From Malacoraja senta (Eukaryota): a stretch of 64,000 bases of DNA. The translations under genes were made by a program, and so were the position numbers. Below the pieces are notes generated by a model. It did no database searches. It saw only the letters and a program-made list of their open reading frames with translations, and had not been told where the DNA came from. This document shows, piece by piece, positions 1 through 12,102 of the stretch. Every line of letters begins with the position of its first letter. Within the stretch, counting starts at the first letter, position 1. Location: positions 124,001-188,000 of the forward strand of contig CM075989.1 in NCBI GenBank assembly GCA_038087875.1. Direction: 5' to 3'.

Positions 1-1628
1 CTGCCTGAAGCAGCCAAAGATCTGGCGCCGTGCCAAGGTGATCGCTCTGCCAAAGCCAAACAAGCCTAGCGATGACCCCAAGGGATACAGACCCATCTCA
101 CTGCTGTGTGTGCCATACAAGCTCCTGGAACGTCTCCTCCACACACGCCTCAAACCTGTGATCGACCCCCAGCTTCCTAAAGAACAGGCTGGCTTCCGAA
201 GCGGTAGGTCAACGGCGGACCAGGTGACCCTCCTGTGCCAAGACATAGAGGACAGCTTCCAGGCAGGGGAGAAGGCTGGCGCTGTCTTCTTCGACCTCAC
301 AGCTGCATATGATACCGTCTGGCTGCGTGGACTACACATGAAGCTTCTGGAAACCATCCCAGACAAGCTCATGGTGAGCTTCATCATGGAGATGCTGAGC
401 AACCGCAGCTTCAGGCTACACACCAGCAACGGGAAATGCAGCAGGATGAGGAAACTTCAGAAGGGCGTCCCACAGGGTTCAGTGCTGGCACCAATGCTGT
501 TCAATATCTACATCCATGACCTGCCTGCAACCCAGTCAAAGAAGTATGGCTATGCTGGTGACCTGGCCATTCTACTTAGTAAGCCATCCTGGTAAGCAGC
601 AGAAGATGGCCTCTCTGAAGACATGGACATCCTGTCTTCATACCTGAGGAACTGGCGCCTCAAGCTCAGCATGGGTAAGACAACATCTTCAATGTTCCAC
701 CTCAACAACAGGGAAACTGAACGTCATGGTGGATAACGCCGGATTACGGTCCCAGCCTGTCCCCATGTACCTCGGTGTGAAGCTCGACAGAACGTTGCCA
801 TTCAAACAACACCTGGAAGGTGCCAATGCAAAGACAAGTGCCCGTGCCGCACTGATTCACCGCCTAGCCGGCAACACATGGGGAGCCACGACGAAGACAC
901 TGCGCATGTCCACAGTGGCCCTGGTGTTCTCAGCCGCCGAGTACTGCGCCCCGGTCTGGTGCCGTAGCCCTCACGCCAAGAAGCTGGATGCTGCCCTCAA
1001 CAGCACCCTGCAGACTGTCTCCGGATGCCTACGAGCCACCCCAGTAAACCAACTGCCCGTCCTCGCTGCCATCGCCCCAGCCAACATCAGACGAGAAGCA
1101 GCCACGCTGGCCCTCTCTCGAAAGGCACAGACCAGTGAATCCCACCTCCTCCATCAGATCGTCACAGAGACACCACGACGAGTGCGCCTCAAGTCACGGA
1201 ACCCCTTTGGCACGCAAGCCCAAGAGCTGCTCTGCACAACACCGGCTGATGCTTCTAAGGCTGCCTGGGTCAAGACGAGATGGAGAGACCAGTGGAAGTC
1301 AGCGGAAACATCTAGGCTACACCATTACATCGATGACCCCATGGACGTCCCTGGCCAGGACCTGCCCTGAAAGCAGTGGACAACATTCAACCGCTTGAGG
1401 ACAGGCATCGAACGCTATGGAGTAGCGATGAAGAGGTGGGGCCTCGTGGACAGCGCCTCCTGCGAGTGTGGGGACCCAACACAGACAATGGAGCACATAG
1501 TCACCAGTTTCCCCAAACACCGGCCAACGAATGGTGAACGAGGTCTGATTGACCTGGACGATTACACGTTGGCCTGGCTCGCCTCAACGGAGCTGCAGGT
1601 CTAAAAGACACACGACAGAAGAAGAAGA
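1..1628 (+). mobile_element. Vingi/Ingi-like non-LTR retrotransposon, 3' portion (RT to 3' end), pseudogenised
   Basis: ORFs 38-595, 726-1370 and 1395-1604 carry RT motifs (YRPISLL, QAGFR, DLTAAYDTVW, GVPQGSVLAP, YAGD in place of YADD) and a C-terminal C-x-C...H...CP-type knuckle. There is no RNase H, and the element ends in a (GAA)n tail at ~1618-1628. The clade call is from recalled motif style. Confidence 0.8.
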
Positions 1629-1935
1629 CTGACCCACCGGTTCTGGACTCACTATACACTGACTCACGGCTTCTGGACTCACTGACCCACAGCTTCTGGA
1701 CTCACGACTCACTACTCACGACTTCTGGACTCACTACTCACTGGCGCACGTCTTCTGGACTCACTACTCACGGCTTCTGGATTCACTACTCATTTACTCA
1801 CGGCTTCTGGACTCACTACACACTGACTCACGGCTTCGGGACTCACTACACACTGACTCACGGCTTCGGGACTCACTACTCCCTGACTCACGGCTTCTGG
1901 ATCTGCGACTCATTACTCACGGCTTCTGGACTCAC
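1629..1935. repeat. Degenerate minisatellite (core CTCACGGCTTCTGGACTCACTAC)
   Basis: About 10 tandem units; reverse complement of the array at 9884-10178. Confidence 0.9.
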
Positions 1936-1937
1936 TT

Positions 1938-2045
1938 GTCAAGGACAAGGACACCGCTGGTGCCTCTGGCTGCTACAAATGTGAGAAGTGCATCCAGTAA
2001 CAACTCCTGAAGGACCGTGTTGGGGAACTGGAGAAGCAAGTGGAT
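1938..2045 (+). mobile_element. CR1 ORF1 N-terminal fragment
   Basis: Encodes KDTAGASGCYKCEKCIQ*QLLKDRVGELEKQVD, matching the ORF1 at 32941-33867. Confidence 0.8.
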
Positions 2046-2607
2046 AGACATACAAACATAGAAACATAGAAAATAGGCGCAGGAGTAGGCCATTCGGCCC
2101 TTCGAGCCTGTACCGCCATTCAATATGATCATGGCTGATCATCCAACTCAGTATTCTGTACCTGCCTTCTCTTCTGTACCTGATCCCTTTAGCCATAAGG
2201 GCCACATCTAACTCCCTCTTAAATATAGCCAATGAACTGGCCTCAACTATCTTCTGTGGCAGAGAATTCCAAAGATTCACCACTCTCTGTGTGAAAAATG
2301 TTTTTCTCATCTCGGTCCTAAAAGATTTCCCCTTTATCCATAAACTGTGACCCCTTGTTCTGGACTTCCCCAACATCGGAAACAATCTTCCTGCATCTAG
2401 CCTGTCCAACCCCTTAATAATTGCAAATGTTGCTTTAAGATTCCCTGTCACCCGTCCAAGTTCCAGTGAATATAAGCCCAGTCGACCTATTCTTTCATCA
2501 TATGGCAGTCCCGCCATCCCGAGACTCAACCTGGTGAACCTATACTGCACTCCCTCAATAGCAAGAATGTCCTTCCTCAAATTAGGAGACCATAACTGGA
2601 CACATAT
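2046..2607 (-). mobile_element. CR1 (HER1-like) 3' fragment
   Basis: (CATAGAAA)n tail on the + strand; ORF2 C-terminus (WSPNLRKDILAIEGVQ...TRGHSL...[14 protein letters not shown]). Confidence 0.9.
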
Positions 2608-2944
2608 CCAAGGTCCGTATAAACGGCCTGCTGCATGAAGCAATGTAATGATGCAAATTGATGCAAATATGTACATTAAAATAGAATTAGCTAATCGATC
2701 GTTTGGACATAAATGTGCTAATTCAAAATGGCAAAGCCTAGTCACAGATCTGGATGAAGGTCATGCATTAGGAACGCATCCGTTTACAATGCGTGTAAAA
2801 TAAATGAAAAGATCGTGCGGCGACCTCTGTGACATTGTAGATATAAATACGAAACCTCATCTTCTGAACAGAGCAACAGACAATAAGCGACTTCGGTATT
2901 CCGAAAAATGCAAGGAATCATGGGATTTGTCATACCTCTATAAA

Positions 2945-4322
2945 AGTTTCTATAAAATCCCCCCTCAATCTTCTAAATTATAGCGAGTACAAGCCGAGTC
3001 TATCCAGTCTTTCTTCATATGAAAGTCCTGACATCCCAGGAATCAGTCTGGTGAACCTTCTCTGTACTCCCTCTATGGCAAGAAAGTCTTTCCTCAGATT
3101 TGGAGAGCAAAACTGTACGCAATACTCCAGGTGTGGTCTCACCAAGACCCTGTACAACTGCAGTAGAACCTCCCTGCTCCTATACTCAAATCCTTTTGCT
3201 ATGAATGCAAACATACCATTCGCTTTCTTCACTGCCTGCTGCACCTGCATGCCTACTTTCAATAACTCGTGTACCATGACACCCATGTCTCGTTGCATCT
3301 CCCCTTTTCCTAATCGGCCACCATTCAGATAATAGTCTACTTTCCTGTTTTTGCCACCAAAGTGGATAACCTCACATTTATCCACATTATACTGCATCTG
3401 CCATGCCTTTGCCCACTCACCCAGCCTATCCAAGTCACCTTGCAGCCTCCTAGCATCCCCCTCACAGCTAACACTGCCCACCAGCTCTTTGTCATCCGGA
3501 AACTTGGAGATGTTGATTCCCTCGTCCAAATCATTAATATATATAGTGTAAAAAGCTGGGGTCCCAGGACTGAGCCTTGCGGTACTCTACTAGTCATTGC
3601 CTGCCATTCTGAAAAGGACCCATTTAATCCTACACTTTGCTTCCTGTTTGCCAGCCAGTTCTCTATCCACATCAATACTGAACCCCCAATACCGTGTGCT
3701 TTAAGTTTGTATAGTAATCTCTTATGTAGGACCTTGTCGAAAGCCTTCTGAAATTCCAGATATAACTCATCCACTGGTTCTCCCTTATCCACTCTACTAG
3801 TTACATCCTCGATAAATTCTATAAGATTCGTCAGACATGATTTACCTTTCGTAAATCCATGCTGACTTTGTCCAATGATTTCACCACTTTCCAAATGTGC
3901 TGCTATCCCATCTTTAATAACTGACTCTAGCAGTTTCCCCACTACCGATGTTAGACTAACTGGTCTGTATTTCCCCATTTTCTCTCTCCCTCCCTTTTTA
4001 AAAAGTGGGGTTACATTAGCTACCATCCAATTCCCAGGAACTACTCCAGAATCTAAGGAGTTTTGAAAAATTATCACTAATGCATCCACTATTTCTGGGG
4101 CTATTTCCTTAAGTACTCTGGGATGCAGCCTATCTGGCCCGGGGGATTTATCGGCCTTTAATCCATTCAATTTACCTAACACCACTTCCCGGCTAACCTG
4201 GATTTCACTCAATTCCTCCATCTCATTTGACCAGCGGTACCCTGCTATTTCCGGCAGATTATGTATGTCTTCCTTAGTGAAGACAGAACCAAAGTAGTTA
4301 TTCAAGTGGTCTGCCATGTCCT
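2945..4322 (-). mobile_element. CR1 ORF2 RT fragment
   Basis: ORFs 2978-3529 and 3337-4320: KSPGPD, YRPVSLTS, QHGF, KAFDKV, VPQGSVLGP. Confidence 0.92.
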
Positions 4323-4447
4323 TGAAAATAGTGAAAAACGAAAAAAAGATAAAAACGAGAAAAACGAAAAACGAGTACAAAGAGAAAAACGAGAAAAACG
4401 AGGAAAAAGAGAAAAAAGAAAAAAGAAAATAAGAGAAAAATAGAAAA
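4323..4447. repeat. A-rich low-complexity spacer (AAAAACGAG-like units)
   Basis: Seen directly, lying between two oppositely oriented CR1 fragments. Confidence 0.8.
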
Positions 4448-5555
4448 GATGTGTACACAGCAAAGAGTAGCCAGAAGCCAGAGGATTGGGAAACATACAT
4501 AGGACATCAGAAGGAAACAAAACGGGCTTAAAAGGGGGAAGCTGACCAGGAATATAAAGAAGGACAGTGAAAGCTTCTTTAGATATGTTATGGGGAAAAA
4601 GAACAGCAAAGTGAAATGTGGGTCACTTGAAGACAGACACGGGTGAAAATATTATGGGGAACAAGGAAATGGCAGAAGAGTGGAACAGGTACTTCGGATC
4701 CGTCTGCACTAAGGAAGACACAAACAATCTCCCAGATGTACTGGAGGACAGAGAATCTAAGGGGGTAGAGGAACTGAAAGAAATTGGCATTAGGTGAGAA
4801 ATAGTATTGGGTAGGCTAATGGGACTGAAGGATGTTAAATCCCCTGGGCCTGATGGTCTGCATCCCAGGATCCTCATGGAGGTGGCTCTAGAAATAGTGG
4901 ACGCATTGGTGATCATTTTCCAATGTTCAATAGATTCAGGATCAGTTCCTGTGGATTGGAGGATAGCTAATGTTATCCCACTTTTCACTGACTTCGGTGG
5001 TGGGAAAGAGGTTGGAGTCAATTATTAAAGAGGTAATAATGGGGCACTTGGATAGCAGTAAAAGGATTAGTCGAAGTCAGCATGGATTTATGAAAGGAAA
5101 ATCATGCTTGGCTAATCTACTGGAATTTTTTGAGGATGTGACAAGTAAAATCAATGAAGGGGAGCCAGTGGATGTAATGTATCTAGACTTTCAGAAAGCC
5201 TTTGATAAGGTCCCGCATGGGAGACTGATGACTAAAATGAGAGCACATGGTATTCGGGGTAGAGTGTTGACGTGGATAGAAAATTGGTTGGCAGACAGGA
5301 ATAAAAGAGTAGGATTGAACGGGACCTTTTCAGAATGGCAGGCAGTGGCAAGTGGAGTGCCGCATGGCTCTGTGTTGGGGCCGCAACTGTTTACCATATA
5401 TATTAATGATTTGGAAGAGGGAATTAGGAGCAACACTGGCAAGTTTGCGGATGACACAAAGCGGGATGGCAGTGTGAACTGTGAAGAGGATGTTAGGAGG
5501 TTGCAGGTGACCTGGACAGGTTGAGTGAGTGGGCAGATGCCTGGCAGATGCAGTA
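4448..5555 (+). mobile_element. CR1 ORF2 fragment, cut at 5555 by a Helitron
   Basis: RT motifs up to FADD and WADAWQMQY; the CR1 sequence stops at CAGTA. Confidence 0.9.
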
Positions 5556-5904
5556 TCTATATTACAAAAAGCTAAATCTTGACCACTTCCGGTATTTCTG
5601 TTTCATGATTTTAGAAAAAACGCTGCCACCTACGGCTGTGATTTTTCGACATCTTACTCAGAGTCCCCCTCCGCTGCGGAGGCCAAGAGGATTTTTCCCA
5701 TCGATGAAAAATAAAAGAGTTTTTAATGATTAAAAAATGTTGACATTCTCTCTGCTGCTCCTGCTGGTGGGAGGGGGAGGGACTATAAAACCCAGAAGTG
5801 TTGTGCCTTACTCAGTCTCTGCAAGATGGGGGAAGCGAGAGGGTCACATCTCTCTGAGTTGTGAATAACACTGAACACATGTCTACTCAGATGTGAGTGC
5901 CCTT

Positions 5905-6632
5905 ATTGTGGTTTTAAAATGTTTGCATAATGTGTATTTCTTGGTTCTAAAATGTTTGCAAAAATTGTATTTCTTGGTTTTAAAATGTTTGCAAAATTTG
6001 TATTTCGTGGTTCTAAAATGTTTGCAGAAATTGGTTGTAAAATGTTTGCTGATGGTGTATTTCTTGGTTCAAAAATGTTTCGCATTTTTTATTTCTTGGT
6101 TCTAAAATGTTCGCAGAAAGTGTATTTCTTGGTTCTAAAATGTTTGCAAAAATTGTATTTCTTTGTTCTAAAATGTTTGCAGAAAGTGTATTTCTTGGTT
6201 CTAAAATGTTTGCAAACATTGTATTTCTTGGTTCTAAAATGTTTGCAGAAAGTGTATTGGTTCTAAAATGTTTTCAAAAAGTGTATTTCTTGGTTCTAAA
6301 ATGTTTGCAAAATTGTATTTCTTGGTTCTAAAATGTTTGCAAAAATTGTATTTCTTGGTTCTATAATGTTTGCAAACGTTGTATTTCTTGGTTCTAAAAT
6401 GTTTGCAGAAAGTGTATTGGTTCTAAAATGTTTGCAAAAATTGTATTTCTTGTTCCTAAAATGTTTGGCGAAAGCGTATTGGTACTAAAATGTTTGCAGA
6501 AAGTGGATTTCTTGGTTCTAAAATATTTGCAAAATTGTATTTCTTGGTTTTAAAATGTTTGCAGAAAGTGTATTTCTTGGTTCTAAAATGTTTGCAATAA
6601 GTGTTTGTCTTGCATCTAAAATGCTTGCAACA
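5905..6632. repeat. ~31-bp minisatellite (AAAGTGTATTTCTTGGTTCTAAAATGTTTGC), about 22 units
   Basis: Contiguous tandem units with alternating AAATTG/GAAAGTG variants. Confidence 0.95.
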
Positions 6633-6972
6633 GTTTTCATAAGGAAAAGGGTGAATTAGATTCTGTTGGATCAGGACTGAGTTTAATGGACAATTGGTGC
6701 TCATTCCGTGACTTAGTGGAGAAGTGATGCCGATGGCGTCATTTCCGGTTAGTGGCAAGATGGCGCTGAGTGCAGAAGGCCCAGAGTGAAGATGTCGTTG
6801 AATAATTCAAGAGAGCTTACTGCTATGTATACGGTGAGTGTGTTTGTTGAACGTTATTTAAAGCACGTTTTTGCTTTAGCAACAGCTGTAGAGGAGGCTT
6901 TAAACTTTTGAATCATTCGGTTTAAACCTTGTTTGTTTACCACGTCCTGAAGTTGCTTGGCATTTTAGTATT

Positions 6973-7632
6973 GGTGTGTGAGTCTGTGTATGAGTGTGTG
7001 TGTGTGAGCGTGTGTGAGTGTGTGTCTGTGAGTGAGTGTGTGTGTGAGTCTGTGTGTGTGAATGTGTGACTCTGTGTGTGTCTGTGTGTGAGTGTGTGTG
7101 TGAGTCTGTGTGAGTCTGTGTGTGTGTGAATGAGTCTGTGTGTGTGTGTGTGTGTGAGTGAGTCTGTGTGTGTGTGTGCGTGTGAGTGAGTCATGTGTGC
7201 GTGTGTGTGAATGTGTGACTCTGTGTGTGTCTGTGTGTGTGTGTGAGTCTGTGTGTGGGTGTCTCTATGCGTGAGTCTGTGGGTGAGTCTGTGTGTGTGT
7301 GTGAGTCTGTGTGTGTGTGAGTCTGTGTGTGTGAGTCTGTGTCTGTGTGTGTGACTGTGTGTGTGAGTGTGTGTCTGCGAGTCTGTGTGTGTGTGTGAGT
7401 CTGTGTGTGTGTGTGTGTGTGTGAGAGAGTGAGTGTCTGTGTGTGTGTGAGAGTCTGTGTGTGTGTGAGTCTGTGTCTGTGTGTGTGACTGTGTGTGTGA
7501 GTGTGTGTCTGCGAGTCTGTGTGTGTGTGTGAGTCTGTGTGTGTGTGAGTCTGTGTGAGAGAGTGAGTGTCTGTGTGTGTGTGAGAGTCTGTGTGTGTGA
7601 GTGTATGTGTGTGAGGTGGAGGGTGTGTGTGA
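6973..7632. repeat. Compound (GT)n/(GAGTCT) microsatellite
   Basis: Seen directly. Confidence 0.95.
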
Positions 7633-8159
7633 TCAACAAATAACAAATAGTACAAATAATATAGTCTTCCGTAGTTCAGAGTTTATTCGTTATGTTTAAT
7701 AGCCTGATGGCTGTCAGGAAGAAGCTGTGCCTCAATGTGGATGTTACAGTTTTCAGTTTACAAAAGTCGGACGTGACTCCAGAAGTCGGGCATCAGTCCA
7801 CAAGCCATGAGTCAGTCAGTCAGTCCAGAGGCCATGAGTGAGTGAGTCAGTCAGTCCAGAGGCCATGAGTTAATCCCAAGGCAGTGAGTGAGTCCAGAGG
7901 CCATGGTTAGGTCACTCACCACCCCCCCCCACCCCCACTGACATCCCCCACCTCAAGACGCTGCCCTCTGCCTGGCTATAGGATGCTCCCCCTCCTGCCC
8001 CTACCGAAGCCCACTGCCATCCCCCACTGCAGGACACCCCCCTCCCTCGTCAGCCCACGAGAGCCCCCGCCTGAAGCCGTCCCCCTCCCTCGGCTGCAGT
8101 ACATTTGCCACCCCCCACCCCACCAGCCCCTGCCTCAAAAAAATGTTTTACACAAATTC

Positions 8160-9360
8160 TTCAGTGAGTCCAGAGGATTGAGAATTACACAAAACAATGG
8201 AATTCTTTAATTTGCCAAAACCAAGAACTGGAAGGATGCACCTTGATGATGACAATCCAGAATTGCTGCAGGCATTGCAATACGATAGAACTGAACAACA
8301 GCAGTTTGTTGAGGAGAATGAGCCTCTGCTGAATGCTAAGCAGAGAGCAGTGTACAACTCCTTGAAAAGGAATCTCCCTTCAATGTTTTTCATTGATGCA
8401 CCAGGAGGAACGGGAAAAATATTTATCACCAATTTGATCCTCTCCAAAGTTAGAGTTCATTGTGATGTGGCTATTGCTGTAGCATCCTCTGGGATAGCAG
8501 CTACATTAATGCCGGGTGGAAGAATTGCACATTCTCGATTCAAGATACTCATCCAAGTGGCCGAGGATACATTCTGCAACATCGAGAAGAACTCTAAGAT
8601 GGCACATTTCTTGAGGCAAGTGAAACTCATTGTTTGGGATGAATGTCCAATGATTAGGCAAGAAAGCTTTGAAGCGGTGGACAGAACTCTTCAAGATGTC
8701 CACAGCAACACTAATCCTTTTGGCGGCATTCTTATCGTTTGTTGTGCCGATTTTCGACAACTCCTTCCTGTGGTGAAAAGTGGAAATGATGCTGATGTCG
8801 AAAATGCCTGCATCAAGATATCCTACATGTGGAGACTTTTCACCGTTTCAATTGCACACAAATATGCGATTGACAGAGGGAGAAGACGACTATTCTCAAT
8901 ATTTGTTGAAAGTTCGTGAAGACAAGATTTTAAAGAATGATGATGATGAAATTGAAATCCCACAAGACATACTTCTATCAGCAAAAACACTGGAGGATTG
9001 TGTTGATTTCATCTATCCCACATTTGACAATCCTGCAGAATTATTCTCCAACAATTGTATCTTGGTTCCTCACAATGATACCATGGGAAGGATCAATTCT
9101 ACATGCATCAGACGCTTCCCTGGAATCGTTAAGGAGTACTTCTTTCAATGCTGTCACTGACGGAACTCATGATACTCACTTCCCAACAGAATTCCTTGAT
9201 TCACTCGAGCTCTCTGGATTACCACCACACAAATTGTAGTTGAAATAAGGATCTCCATATTAATGAGAAACTTGAAACCGCCAAAGCTATGCAATGGAAC
9301 GAGAATGATTGTTGAAAAGCTACACGATTATCTGATCGTTGCAAGAATCAACATGGGAGC
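8160..9360 (+). pseudogene. Helitron RepHel Pif1-family (SF1B) helicase domain, frameshifted
   Basis: Walker A DAPGGTGK, AVASSGIAATLMPGGR.AHSRF, WDECPM, PFGG, DFRQLLPV, LHTNMR, EFLDSLELSGLPPHKL, MRNLKPPKLCNGTR, spread across three frames. Confidence 0.92.
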
Positions 9361-9361
9361 C

Positions 9362-9540
9362 TCAGGGCCGGATTTAGATGAAGAGAGGCCCTAAGCTATT
9401 TCACTTGTGAGCCCGCCCCCTCCCAATCCTCTCCCCCACGACTTGAGGACCATGACTACCCGACAGTGACAGTGTGACACTTTTAGATCCTACTGTATGT
9501 GGTCATTAAACATTTGGTTTTAAAATACATATTGGATTCA
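9362..9540 (+). mobile_element. Probable left end of a hAT-type non-autonomous element
   Basis: Starts CAGGGCCGGATTTA exactly where the helicase homology stops; no matching right end was found. Confidence 0.4.
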
Positions 9541-9883
9541 TCGTGGAGCGGGCGATGCTTTACCTGGATCGCCGTTTCAACCTCTGGAGTGTTGGGCCTG
9601 CTGCTTCAACATCATGGAGCTGTGGTTTGCAGAGCTCCCAGCCTCGGGCCACGCTGATTTTAATATCGCGGAGAACTGGGAACCCTTTGCCAAGGGCCGC
9701 CAGCGTGAATCTCCACCCATCTCAGCCTGTGGACTTCGGGAGCCGCGGTCTCTGGTAGGAAGTGGCCGATTCGGAAGTCCAAGCCGCTGAGAATGTTCTC
9801 TCGTTCCGACGTCGGATGGTGACCCCCAAATGTCATTGTACCAATGGCCATGAGGGGGAGTCCAAGAGGAGGGGTTCAGTTGG

Positions 9884-10178
9884 AGGAGTCCGGAAGCTGT
9901 GAATAGTGAGGCCAGAAGCCGTGAGTCAGTGAGTAGTGAGTCCGGAAGCCGTCAGTCAGTCACTAGTGAGCCCAGAAGCTCGTGAGTCAGTGGGTAGTGA
10001 CTCCAGAAGCCCTGACTCAGTGAGTCGTAATTCCGGAAGCCGCGAATAGTGAGTCCAGAAGACATGTCAGTGAGTAGTGTGTCCAGGAGCCGTGAGTTGT
10101 GAGTCGTGAGTCCAAAAGCCGTCAGTGGTGAGTCCAGAAGCCGTGAGTCAGTGAATAGTGAGTGGTGTGTGAGTGAGT
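9884..10178. repeat. Minisatellite (GAGTCCAGAAGCCGTGAGTCAGTGAGTAGT-like)
   Basis: Tandem units; related shorter array at ~7775-7905; inverted copy at 1629-1935. Confidence 0.9.
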
Positions 10179-11350
10179 AACAGAGAAATTGGTACAGGAG
10201 GAGGCCATTCGGCCCTTCGAGCCAGCACCGGCATTCATTGTGATCATGGCTGGTCGTCCCCTATCACTAACCCGTGCCTGCCTTCTCCCCATATCCCTTG
10301 ACTCCACTAGCCCCTAAAGCTCGATCTAACTCTATCTTAAATCCATCCAGTGATTTGGCCTCCACTGCCCTCTGTGGCAGGGAATTCCATAAATTCACAA
10401 ATCTCTGGGTGAAAAAGTTTTTTCTCACCTCAGTCTTAAATGACCTCCCCTTTATTCTAAGACTGTGGCCCCTGGTTCTGGACTCGCCCAACATTGGGAA
10501 CATTTTTCCTGCATCTAGCTTGTCCAGTCCTTTTATAATTTTATATGTTTCTGTAAGATCCACCCTCATCCTTCTATACTGCATTGAATAAAAGCCTAGT
10601 CTTTTCAATCTTTCCTCATATGACAGTCCCGCCATCCCAGGGATCAATCTCGTGAACCTACGCAGCACTGCCTCAATCACAAGGATGTCCTTCCTCAAAT
10701 TAGGAGACCAAAACTGTACACAATGATCCAGATGTGGTCTCACCAGGGCCCTGAACAACTGCAGAAGAACCTCTTTTCTCCTATACTGATATCCTCTTGT
10801 TATGAAGGCCAACATTCCATTAGCTTTCTTCACTGCCTGCTGTACCAGCATGCCAACTTTCAGTACAAGAACACCCATGTCTCGCTGCACCTCCCCCTTA
10901 CCTAACCTAACCCCATTGAGATAATAATCTGCCCCCTTGTTTTGTGCCGCCAAAGTGGATAACCTCACATTTATCTATATTATACTGCATCTGCCATGCA
11001 TCTGCCCACTCACTCAACCTGTCCAGGTCACCCTGCAACCTCCTAACATCCTCTTCACAGTTCACACTGCCACCCAGCTTTGTGTCATCCGCAAACTTGC
11101 TAGTGTTGCTCCTAATTCCCTCTTCCAAATCATTAATATATATGGTAAACAGTTGTGGCCCCAACGCCAAGCCTTGCGGCACTCCACTCGCCACTGCCTG
11201 CCATTCTGAAAAGGACCCGTTCACTCCTACTCTTTGCTTCTGGTCTGCCAACCAATTTTCTATCCATGTCAACACCCTACCCCCAACACCATGTGCTCTA
11301 ATTTTAGTCACCAGTCTCCCGTGCGGGACCTTATCAAACGCTGTCTGAAA
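10179..11350 (-). mobile_element. CR1 3' half (RT to 3' UTR)
   Basis: ORFs 10267-10968 and 10907-11350 with CR1 RT and C-terminal motifs. Confidence 0.92.
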
Positions 11351-11960
11351 GTCCCCCCTTCTCCCTCTCCCCCCTCTCTCTGTCCGCCATCTCTCTCTCA
11401 ATCTACACCTTCTCTATCTCCCCTCACATCCCCCATTTCCCTCTATATCCTCTCTCCACCCTCTCTCTCCCCCTCACCCTCTCCCCCTCTCTCGATCCCT
11501 CTATCCTCTCCCTCTCTCCCCCTCTCTCTCTTTCCCCTCCCTCTATCACCCCTCTCTATGCGTCTACCGCGCTTTCTCTCTCCACCTCTCTCTGCCGCTC
11601 TTTCTCTCTCTCCTTCTCTCCCTTCCTTTCTCGCCTGTCCCATATCCCATCTCTCTCTCCCCCTCCCCCTCCCCTTTTCCCCTCACACCCCATTCCCCTA
11701 TCTCTCTCACCACTCTACCCCCTCTCTGCCCCCTCACCCACTCCCTCCCTCTCTCTCCCCACTCTTCCCCCTTCTCTCCGCCCCGTCTCTCCCCCCTCTC
11801 TCTCTCCCCTCTTTCCCCCCTCTATCTCTCCGCCCTCTCCCTCTGCGCGCTCTCTCCCCCCTTTCTCGCCCCTCTCCCCCTCACTCTGCCCGCTCTCTCT
11901 GCCCCCTCTATCCCTCCTTTCTCTCTCTGCCCCCTCTCTCTCCCCTTTCTCTCTCCCCCC
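11351..11960. repeat. CT-rich (polypyrimidine) low-complexity tract
   Basis: Seen directly. Confidence 0.9.
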
Positions 11961-12004
11961 TTGGAGATTACGTGAAGAAGACCCGTCAGGGCGCCTGCGC
12001 GTCA
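11961..12004. repeat. DIRS right ITR (3' extension truncated)
   Basis: TACGTGAAGAAGACCCGTCAGGGCGCCTGCGCGTCA is the reverse complement of 19800-19835. Confidence 0.88.
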
Positions 12005-12102
12005 ATCTTCAAAGCAGCGTTGTGAAATCACAAACAACAAGAACGAAGTAATATAGTAACCTAATAAAACGAGTAAATTAAGAACTTGCATCTGACCTTT
12101 AT

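Larger units (their letters stand above)
5556..9360 (+). mobile_element. Helitron (rolling-circle transposon), degenerate, 3' CTRR end not found
   Basis: Begins with TC right after the A of an A|T site in the CR1 (CAGTA|TCTATATTAC), as expected for Helitron insertion. Contains internal tandem repeats and a Pif1 helicase remnant. That everything in between is one element is inferred. Confidence 0.7.

Noticed and set aside
5905..6632. 31-bp repeats as a CRISPR array
   Set aside because: The units are contiguous with no unique spacers, there are no cas genes, and the context is eukaryotic.
6937..7655. His/Thr-rich ORFs
   Set aside because: Translations of the (CA)n microsatellite.
8197..8919. 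Host PIF1 gene
   Set aside because: Intronless, frameshifted, Helitron-type motifs, and downstream of a Helitron 5' end.
11234..12025. 263-aa Pro/Ser/Leu ORF
   Set aside because: Product of the CT-rich low-complexity tract.
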